A DNA stretch of 64,000 nt, taken from NCBI GenBank assembly GCA_964016885.1, contig OZ024743.1:340380001-340444000 (forward strand), read 5' to 3'. The notes below the pieces were generated by a model, which had not been told where the DNA came from, did no database searches, and worked only from the letters and a program-made list of their open reading frames with translations. Shown here one piece after another: positions 52,991-64,000 of this stretch. Each line of letters opens with the position of its first letter. The stretch's first letter is position 1. This DNA is from Eledone cirrhosa. Lineage: Eukaryota. The position numbers and the translations under genes were made by a program.

Positions 52991-55128
52991 TTATGGGGGA
53001 TAAGTATCTGAAAGTGAGTTAAATTTATATGAACTGGAAAGCAGGTGTGATTTCATGTTTAGGCAACTGGCGAAAATTTCTGTTTTTGTATTTAGGCAGG
53101 TTTTTGGTGATTTAAGGTTCTGTAAAATCCAATATTTTTCACTTATGCAGAGTGTGCATCTTCTTGTTCCTCTTGCATATTCTTTAGATTGGTTCAAAAT
53201 TGACCAATCCAATTTATATTGGATACCTTGGTCTTTCAGATCCCATATTCTGCTAGCCAGAGCTGTTGTAAATCTTATTTGTGGATGTCGGAAAGATGCG
53301 ACATGTGAGTAATAACGCGTTTTGAATTTGTCTTGTGTCATACCCACATATCGTTCGCTGGTGGCTGGTAGGTTGTTGCTGAAGGTTGTCACTTTAGCCG
53401 CATATACAATGGCTTTGGTGTTGCATTTACCTTGTAATGGGCATTCACTTTTGATTCTACAGGAGCAATTTTGATATTCTCTGGGTGTTTTGTTATCGAT
53501 GATATGAGATTTAATAGGGGGACCGCAGGAGTAGCTAATTTTGACACAGTTTCTATTGAAGATCTTATAGTATCTATGTGTTCTAGGCAAGTGTTTATCT
53601 ATGAGCTCTAGGAATTTTATGCCTACATTAGTTTTAACTGCAAGAGAATAGGGGTGTGTGAACAAGAATATTTTTCTTTTCCTATTATTATGTTTAAAGG
53701 AGTTAGTATTGTTAGGTGTGTACTTAATCGGTTCGCTAAATCCGATATTTTGAAGGGCTTTATTATAGTAGGGGGATGCCTTATTGAAAATAGCTTCTGA
53801 GGAAGAGAGGGTGGAGATCCTACGGCTAATATTAGGGATAATGTTTTTAAAAACTATAGGAGGATGGCAAGAGCCTTTATTTATATATTTTAAATTTTCA
53901 TTAGGTTTATGGTACGGTTTATAAGAAGCAGTAGGTATATCTAGGTTTATATCTAGAAAATTAACATTGGATAGGTTAGTGTCAATAGTAATTTTAAGAT
54001 TAAACCTAACGAAGGTTTTTATTAAGTCTTCCCTTAATCTATCTAAGTTATGGCCTATGGCGGTATGGGAAAGTATTAGACCATCGTCGCGATAAAGCCC
54101 CAAAATATGGTTAGGGAATTTTTCTTTAAGTGTGTGTAGGAGGAATAGGCCGACTAAAACAAAAACATCAGCACTGTCAAAGAACCCATTGAGACATCGA
54201 ATGGGTTCTCTGGGTTAGATATTTTTACCCAAGTGTCATTATTAGTAACGAGTAGAGTGTTTCTAGCATGCAAGATGACATTCTCTTCAATATCAGAAAT
54301 ATTGGTAAACTTTCTAGCAAAATTTAAGGCTTTCGCTAAAAGAGGCTGAGTAATAGACGGGTAGAAATCTACAATGTCAAATTGGGTGAATCGAGAACTA
54401 TTTCTATCTTTAATATTATTAAACCAATGCACTACGGAAGAGCTATTTATCCATTGGAGTAATTCAGATTTACTTCTAATCTGTGTGTTTATATTATTTA
54501 AGATTTTTTTGCTAGCAAGACCGATATCAGTCTTAGCAGGGTTGATTAATCTACAACTAGGACGAATAATAAAGTCAGGTTTGTGATCTTTGAGGGTGAT
54601 ATAGGCATTACGTTTAGCAAGTTTTTCTGTCCTATTATCTATTTTTAAAGAACTAGCTAATTTTTTAGCTTTCTTATTTATATTATTATACGTGTTTATA
54701 TTAGCTATTTGGTATTTAGAGGTGATGTTATCTATTAAGAGTTGGTCATGTAAATTATTATTAACTTCGTATAAGTTTTTAGTTTTGTCGGAGAAAATGA
54801 ACTTATTTTTAGAAGATTTGAATATTGAAATATCATTAGATAGTTTAGATTGAAAAGGGCTGGAGTACTTATGAAATTTGATATTGTTGATTAAATTAAA
54901 TAAGTCTAGTTCAAAAGCGGTCATATCTTTTACTCTTTGCGGGTATTTATGAGTTTTGATATCAAAATATTCCGTAGAGTCCGTGTTAAAGTGTCCATCG
55001 AGAATCAAAGCTTTCCATCTCATTCTTTTAACAACTTTCTCTACTTTGTCTATCAGCATTTTCGTGTAGGAAGTGTTAGAAGGTTTTGGGATATTCTTGA
55101 TAGAGTAATCCAAAGGATATTTATCCAT
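52991..55128 (-). pseudogene. Penelope RT plus GIY-YIG ORF, copy 2 (one frameshift near 54180)
   Basis: ORF pieces 54154-55128 and 52991-54103. Confidence 0.87.
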
Positions 55129-55930
55129 GTTCAGTATTGGTTTAAAGTCCTATTGACTGAGGAGTGCTCGAATGTACGTGTGCTTTGATATACGTGTGCT
55201 GATATATGTATATATATGTGTGCTTCGTGTGTATGTATGTACGTATACATGCGCTTTTGCCTGTACGTATTCATATATATATATTTTTATATGTATATGT
55301 GCGTACGTGCGAACCTATGTTTGTTTTCTTTTCTCTAGTATTAATTTATAATTGATAACCCCTCCTACTTACTTTCTCTTTGATTTAAACAAAATATTTT
55401 TCTTTCTCATATATTGTTTCATTTTTATATGTATCGAATATGACACTGTTTTTGACTAATACACTCCCTTCCCTTTTTATCTTCCGCATATGTGTTTATA
55501 CGCGTGTGTATTTATACGCGTGCTTTCATACTTGTATGTGTATATATTTAATACCTAAATCTGGATGTACATTATTTTTCAACTTATATTATATCCGTAT
55601 TGGTCACACATACACTATTATGCTTGCCCTCATATACGTACTTACGCACACACACATTTTCACTATACGCATGCATTTGTACATACACACATATGTACAT
55701 TTGTGAGTGAATATATACACATTTATACACATACCCTAACTATATTTCCTTATTTTTATATATCTCTTGCTTTATTTTTTTTGCCTGTTAAACTCTTGCC
55801 ATTCTTGAGGAGATTTTTCAAATATTTCACTATGTTTTAAATTGCCTTGTCCGATGAACGAATGAGGACGTTTGTCGAATTCGTCTTATTCGGGAAACCT
55901 CTGGCAATGAGGTAATTATATTGTATTGTT

Positions 55931-55990
<60 letters not shown>

Positions 55991-56055
55991 ACACATATAT
56001 ATTAGCACTGTACATTATATAGCTCCTTTTCCTTGAAGTATTCTTCGGAAATATA

Positions 56056-56977
<922 letters not shown>

Positions 56978-56980
<3 letters not shown>

Positions 56981-57202
56981 TAAATATCTTTAAGTCGTTT
57001 GGAAGCCTCGACAATGCAAATGGGTAAATCTCCGGGTAACAAGGTCCGGTGGTGGAGAGAGAGTTCTCCGACAGTCTAAACTGTTCCCTTACGGATGCAA
57101 ACAAATCCTGGCTCAGGTGTAAGGATAAGAGAGTATTGAAGTTTGCTTGAAACATTGTGGAACAATAAGTAAATATCTTTAAGTCGTTTGGAAGCCTCGA
57201 CA
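56978..57202 (-). mobile_element. Permuted partial-tandem copy of the 25445-25636 Penelope terminal region between (TA)n tracts
   Basis: Begins and ends with taagtaaatatctttaagtcgtttggaagcctcgacaa; internal junction gagagagag|ttctccgacag. Confidence 0.8.
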
Positions 57203-58379
57203 ATATATATATATATATGCATGCGTGAATGTATGTATTTACACGAGCATACATTAATATATATAATACTTTGAGCTTCATAATGGAAGTTTACAACATA
57301 TACACACACATGCATGTACACGCACACACATACGCGCACGTGTCTATATATTTACATAAACATATAACACTATACATAAATACATAATACTATATCTAAA
57401 AATATTATACAATTTTTTTTATATGAATTCTTTCACTTCAATTAATAACGAAATAAATTACTTAATATCGGTGAATTTATACATGGAAAATAAGAACACT
57501 TTTCTGAAGTAATTTTGTCATGTGTCAAAATACGAGATTTTAAAAGAAACATCAGTAACTATCCATATGTTCTTACATATCTGAACGCATACCTACGAAT
57601 GGTTGTACTCAGATTTATGTATGTATTGGGAAAATCAAAATGTCAAAATGAATATTTCTATTTCATGCAAATTTTACTTAAATATTTAATCCCGTGTCTT
57701 GTATCCACACATATATAACAATTTTTCATTGATATTTATGAATGATTACTCACCTAAGCATGTCTCTCTATACATGCAACACAGGTGCATACACACGAAC
57801 GCATACACACATATACATACACACACACATGCACATACATATACATGAACTCATATATGTATAAACTAAAGATTTTTAAACCGCCGTTACGATATATGTT
57901 GAGGAGAGGAAAACACGTTGTTATATATATTTAAGCATGTAAATGCGTTTTAATTTTGTATTTTTTCTCAATGTAAAAAATGTATATACATACATATATA
58001 TTATATAAATGTATATATATGAATGTAATTATAATAGAATATAAAAGAAAAGCGAACACAGATATATGTGTTCAAATCGTAAGGGACCTGATTCGCTAAA
58101 GTGAAAAGAATACTAACTATAGACAATTGGGTTCATTTGTCTCAATTTAAGAAAAAATTAAGAAAATAAATACAAACCGGAATTGTGGTAACTACCAATC
58201 ACCCGGACAACTTGTTGTTGTTTCGCAAAATTAATTGTGAGTTCGAAACTCAATATATACATTTAATATATATGAATGTATATATGTTTAAATAAATAAA
58301 TAAATATATATATATAAAAGAAAAACAGATCCTTAAATATATTTTCCGTGCTATTTCCAATCCCCCCCTCTCTCTCTCA

Positions 58380-58442
<63 letters not shown>

Positions 58443-58593
58443 ATATATATATATATATATATGTAAAAGTTCTATTTAAATTGTTGGGATACAACAAGCA
58501 AATATTTTTATAACTGATATAAAGCACTCAACAAATAATTGGAGTAAAATACGATATTAACAAATGGAAACTATATTTATAAAACCATATTTA

Positions 58594-58654
58594 TTTCATT
58601 ATACATATTTCAAGGACACCAAGTTAAATTATGGTGTGCTTTCATCAGATAAAA
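58594..58654 (-). ncRNA. Hammerhead ribozyme (family of 3452)
   Basis: ttttat CTGATGA aagcacacca..tggtgtcctt GAAA tatgta TA atgaaa. Confidence 0.8.
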
Positions 58655-58733
58655 TATAATATAGAGCAGTTTTATAAATAAATATTGACATACCCTTAAA
58701 GAATGCAACCATTACTGTTGGAAGCTCCCGGAG

Positions 58734-58831
<98 letters not shown>

Positions 58832-58931
58832 AAAGGTGGAATTGGAAATATATTTTCCGTGCTATTTCCAATTCCACCCTCTCTCTCTGTCTCTCTCTCT
58901 GTCTCTCTATCTCTGTCTGTCTGTCTCTCTT

Positions 58932-58963
<32 letters not shown>

Positions 58964-59657
58964 GAAAGAGAGAGAGAAAAAAGGTGGAATTGGAAATAGC
59001 ACGGAAAATATATTTAAGGATCTGTTTTTCTTTTTTTCTTCTTCGATTCGTCAAAGTGACATTATTGAAAAAATGAGAGGGACAATTCTTAAAAAAAAGA
59101 GTTTTATAATGTATATAAAATATAGAAAATATAACCTGTTTCGATCTTCGATCCAAGCAAGCAATCGCAGAGTTTTAGTAATATATAGATAGATTATCTT
59201 TGGAGGTGAAATTTCTTTTTCCTATGATGTTTTACGTGTTTTGAACAAATATAATCTTCAAAGCTGCCGGGTATTATTGTGTTTTTTTTTAGTAAACAAA
59301 TAGCTTATTATATGAAATGAATGTATTCAAAAAGGCACACAATATATGTGTAAAAGTGGCGTCCTAACTTCTATCCCTCCCACCTCTGGGTCCTGGCCGA
59401 CAGGATGGCGACTGCATTGCCCCAGAGGACGGTGAGTGAGACGCGCTGAAACTCCACTCCGATAGCAGTGAGTAGGAATGTTGCCCGGGGGCAAAGAACA
59501 CCCGAAGTGTCCACTGCTACACAGCTCTACCACAAAGCTCTCCGAGAACGACCGATACTTGAACATAATATAAATATCTATATCTATATATACTATAAAA
59601 GATTTGAACCCCTATCATCCTTTCGAGAAACCTGGACAAGCCACGTCTATGCATGTG

Positions 59658-59695
<38 letters not shown>

Positions 59696-60109
59696 CGCGC
59701 GTGCGTGCGTTTGTGTGTGTGTGTGTGTATGTGTGGATGTGTTATATAGTGTTTGTAATTCCCTATGTTAATAATTATTAGAATTTTACGATGAAGTATT
59801 TTATTTCAATTAGTAATGAAAGATATTGTTAAACATAAGTGGACTCGAGTATGGGAAAGACGAATGTTGTCCAGGAGTGGTTCTTTCATGTGTCAAAGTA
59901 TGGGATTTTAAACGAAGCATGGCTACGTATTTATGCACGCATAAACATCAAATGTGCTTTCTTTATAGTACGTTTTGGAAATATGCCATACAGATTAACA
60001 TTTGTCAAACTTAAAATCTGAAATTGAATATCATCATTCCGTGTAAATTCAAATTAAACTGAAGTGTTTACAACCCCCACACACCTAACGTTATTTATTT
60101 TGATATTTA

Positions 60110-60176
60110 TATTGCTTACCTTAGCATACATATCTATATTATTAACACATGCCCATACAGACACACACACACACAC

Positions 60177-60210
<34 letters not shown>

Positions 60211-60218
60211 CATACACG

Positions 60219-60250
<32 letters not shown>

Positions 60251-60374
60251 CATATACATACACGCACACACACACATATATATATACCTTAACATACATA
60301 TCTATATTATTAACACATGCCCATACAGACACACACACACACACACATACACACACATACGCACACACACACAT

Positions 60375-60413
<39 letters not shown>

Positions 60414-60517
60414 CATACACGCACACACACACATATATATATACCTTAACATACATATCTATATTATTCACACATGCCCATACAGACACGCACACACACA
60501 CGCACACACACACACAA

Positions 60518-60554
<37 letters not shown>

Positions 60555-60620
60555 CATACACGCACACACATATATAAACCTTAACATACATATCTATATT
60601 ATTCACACATGCCTATACAG

Positions 60621-60704
<84 letters not shown>

Positions 60705-60780
60705 ACACACACACATACGCACACGCACACACACACACACATACACACACACACATACACGTGCACATGCACATACATAG
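60110..60780. repeat. Composite tandem repeat, four units each with an accttaacatacatatctatattat..cacatgcccatacagac head plus (CA)n/(TA)n
   Basis: Heads at ~60118, 60286, 60443, 60578. Confidence 0.8.
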
Positions 60781-61029
60781 GATTGTTAAAAAATAAGGTA
60801 GAATACAGAATTTGTAGGTATTTATTCAGTACATAGGCAATTCTATAAAAGCTAGGGAGTTCTGGAGCATGCTTTATTGTTAGGCCAAGGGTTTAGCACT
60901 TAGAATATTTGTGTTTCAAATAGAGATAGTAAATGGAATTTTAGATTTCGAAGTTAAAAGGACGTTAAATGGATATACATAGGTGGTATAAGACCCTGTA
61001 AATGAGTGAGGAGAAATGGCCTCTGGCGA

Positions 61030-61078
<49 letters not shown>

Positions 61079-61095
61079 AAGAGAGAGAGAGAGTG

Positions 61096-61126
<31 letters not shown>

Positions 61127-61226
61127 GAAAGAGAGAGAGAGAGAGAGAGGGCAAGGGACAAAGAGAGAGGGAGAGAAGAAAATGAGAGAGTTAGAGATAG
61201 ATATATAAACAGATAGATAGCTGGAA

Positions 61227-61268
<42 letters not shown>

Positions 61269-61296
61269 AGAGAGAAAGAAAAGAGAGAGAGAGAGA

Positions 61297-61324
<28 letters not shown>

Positions 61325-61334
<10 letters not shown>

Positions 61335-61630
61335 TAAAAAAATAATGAATAAAACAATGAAACAGTTCCTTATATTAAACAAAAAAAGTTCATTATTTAA
61401 CGATCGTTTCTAGGATATATATGTGTTAGAATTGGCATGCATATTCAACAGATCTATGTACAAAATTATACAAAATTATACAAACTATCAAAATTAAATA
61501 TACATACCAAACACATATATATGCCGTCTTCAGAAATAATGAAATATATTTATTGATAATAACAACAATTCAAAATTTCAGGTCCGTTTGGGAACAGAGT
61601 TCAAATTGACCAATGAAAATACAAAAAATT
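61325..61630 (-). mobile_element. Third pLTR copy of the 5462 family; HHR 61389-61543
   Basis: ttcattattt CTGAAGA ..GAAA cgatcg TT aaataatgaa (10-bp stem I). Confidence 0.78.
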
Positions 61631-62354
61631 TTATGCAGTTAGGTGTGTGTATATACATGTAATTAACTTCGTACACATATTTACATAAAGATATATGTTC
61701 ACATGCATACGCATGCCAAAAAGATGTATGTAAATACAAAAATTCAAGGCTAATGTCTCTGTAAGTTTATAATCTACAGATAAAATGCGTATAGACACAT
61801 AAATATGAAATAAATGTATACACACATTCATATACTCACACATATTCGTACACTCACACACACACGCGCGTATATGCATAAACATACACATAACTACGAA
61901 CATACATACACACACACACCCCCACACACATATATATGTGCATATAGTATTATCATAAGCATATGGACATTAATGCACGCACATAAACACTGCCACACAT
62001 ATTTAGATCAGGATACAGAAATTAGGTGGGAGGGGGGGGGGAGGAGGGTCAGTATTTAACGGTTTCGGCAGACTGCCTATTTATAAATGTATCTATAAAC
62101 TTAGAAATAAAAAGAAAAGAAAAAGAAAAAAGAAAAAAGAAATATATCAAGAAAATATATATATATATATATATATATACATCCACACATACACACACAC
62201 ACACACATATACATATACATATATATATACACATATATACACACATATATATATATATATATACACATATATATACACATATATATGTATATATGTGTAG
62301 ATATATACATATATATATGTATATATGTGATATATATATATTGGTAGATTTATC

Positions 62355-62403
<49 letters not shown>

Positions 62404-62429
62404 GAGGAGAGAGAACTGAAATTATAACT

Positions 62430-62760
62430 GACATTAAGCAGTTCAAAAGACGAAATGTTGAGGAAAAAGAGAACATAAAAGATCTGATCGGAGGACTTCC
62501 AAGTAACTGTGTAGTCTGAAGAAGGAGAAGGCTACGAGGTCCCAGTTCATAAGAGACACATAGAGGTTCAACAAAATTATGCTGGGTGAGAAAGATCTAA
62601 AAGATTGATCAACTCAAAGACGTGGCACATCTCCTCAAAGAAAAACACAGTTAATCTCTTATTGTTCTGGCAAAAGATGAGCTGGAACTGTAATTCTAAG
62701 AGGCAGCCTTGACATACATTCTTACGCTGAATCTCTATAAGAACTATATTAATTTTAGAC
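62430..62760 (+). mobile_element. Possible highly degenerate RLE-LINE (HERO-like) fragment
   Basis: Broken translation KKEKATRSQFIRD..RFNKIMLGE..RL resembles the pre-RT region of HERO elements; weak. Confidence 0.35.
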
Positions 62761-62981
62761 GTGTCTCTGGAATGTTTAGTCACTTTCACGTTAATTTCAC
62801 GAGCAGACTGTTCAGGTTGATCAATTCAATTGGAACATTCGTCGTCCGAATAAATGGAGGTCCAACACACACGCGGGCGCACGCACACACGCATGAAAAA
62901 CACACACACGCAATATAAACATACACGCACACACATATATACAATACGGATGAAGTAGATGAAAAGATAGTGCTATGTAAG

Positions 62982-63108
62982 TACTAGACCACACGTTCAC
63001 TTAAAAACATCTTTTTAAAAATCATGTTTACTTAAAAATTTTTTTAAATAATTAAAATATACAAACATGTATAAGATGTAAAAGGAAATAGGAAGGCCAC
63101 CCCAACAC

Positions 63109-63152
<44 letters not shown>

Positions 63153-63275
63153 GTGTTGGGGTGGCCTTCCTATTTCCTTTTACATCTTATACATGTTTGT
63201 ATATTTTAATTATTTAAAAAAATTTTTAAGTAAACATGATTTTTAAAAGATGTTTTTAAGTGAACGTGTGGTCTA

Positions 63276-63278
<3 letters not shown>
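62982..63278. repeat. Near-perfect palindrome (~130-bp arms) centred on (TA)n
   Basis: tactagaccacacgttcac..ccccaacacatg (ta)n catgtgttgggg..gtgaacgtgtggtctagta. Confidence 0.9.
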
Positions 63279-63357
<79 letters not shown>

Positions 63358-63381
63358 ATATCATATATATATATATATATC

Positions 63382-63427
<46 letters not shown>

Positions 63428-63502
63428 ATATTATATATATATATATATACATGTATATATCATATATACATATATATATAGGATATATATATGTATATAT
63501 AT

Positions 63503-64000
63503 ATAGTAATAATAATACATTTGAAGACTAAAATCCAAAGAGGGCTCGATAAGGATAAATATATATAAAATATATAAGAACCGTAGAGCAAATATTTATT
63601 AAAATAACAGATTAAGTTTAAGCAAAGAATCGCTGCTTTCACCCTTAACGGGATCTTCTGAAACTAAAAAAGTCAACCTGTGAACGCAGAAGTAAATATT
63701 TCACACCATTAGCTAAGATCTTTCTCTCTCTTATTATGAAGCATTTCCCCCAGCACATAAATATAGTAACATTTTTAATAGATATACCATTAAAATTTCT
63801 TACTCTACGACTCCTAACCTTGCACATAACATCACAGCTTCAAATTTAGCTAAACTACCTAGCCGTAGGAACACGTGCAACCCTGTAGCTAGTACTAACT
63901 GTAATTGTAGGAATCGGGTTGACAGCCCCCTATCCGTGAAATACCTCTCTAGTAACATTGTCTTCAAATGTAAGGTTGAAACACCCACGTCCCGTAGGGC
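63503..64000 (+). mobile_element. 5'-truncated Penelope-like element (continues past the window) preceded by an inverted pLTR with variant HHR (63615-63665, minus)
   Basis: + strand KHFPPAHKYSNIFNRYTIKISYSTTPNL..NCNCRNR..SNIVFKCKV is homologous to the 52991 ORF; 63503-63668 is the reverse complement of 20420-20583. Confidence 0.78.

Larger units (their letters stand above)
48320..55935 (-). mobile_element. Head-to-tail dimer of a Penelope-like element (Nematis-like) with inverted terminal repeat at 55171-55935
   Basis: Two near-identical frameshifted ORF sets (49392-51528, 52991-55128): YSIKNIP..KRMRWKA, TLKDHK, QFDIVDFYPS, MGS, YRDDG, CSCR..CPLQGKC, AIVY..YVGMT (GIY-YIG); shared pLTR 51640-51860. 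Confidence 0.9.

Overview
AT-rich, microsatellite-dense eukaryotic DNA that is almost entirely transposon-derived; the SINE types and simple-repeat content suggest an octopus/cephalopod (inference). No host protein-coding gene could be supported. Contents: (i) several Penelope-like elements (RT plus C-terminal GIY-YIG), including a head-to-tail dimer with an inverted terminal repeat; (ii) about 30 minimal type-I hammerhead ribozyme (HHR) motifs read by eye (20 with canonical CUGANGA..GAAA..UH cores, about 10 variant or decayed) in a dozen or more sequence families. Most lie in short non-coding, often fold-back (palindromic) or partial-tandem modules embedded in (TA)n; one begins exactly at its own predicted cleavage site and spans a 524-nt monomer; (iii) a tandem array of Tx1-like LINEs inserted into (CTAT)n, one with an intact 1153-aa ORF2 and a conserved intron-like 5' UTR segment; (iv) R4/Dong-like RLE LINEs and a second Tx1 family in (TAA)n; (v) CRE, RTE, Gypsy and possible HERO relics; (vi) tRNA-derived SINEs. 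The best candidate for an undescribed system is the diverse, (TA)n-associated, ribozyme-bearing fold-back/retrozyme-like element population. All ribozyme folds and alignments were made by eye and need computational confirmation.
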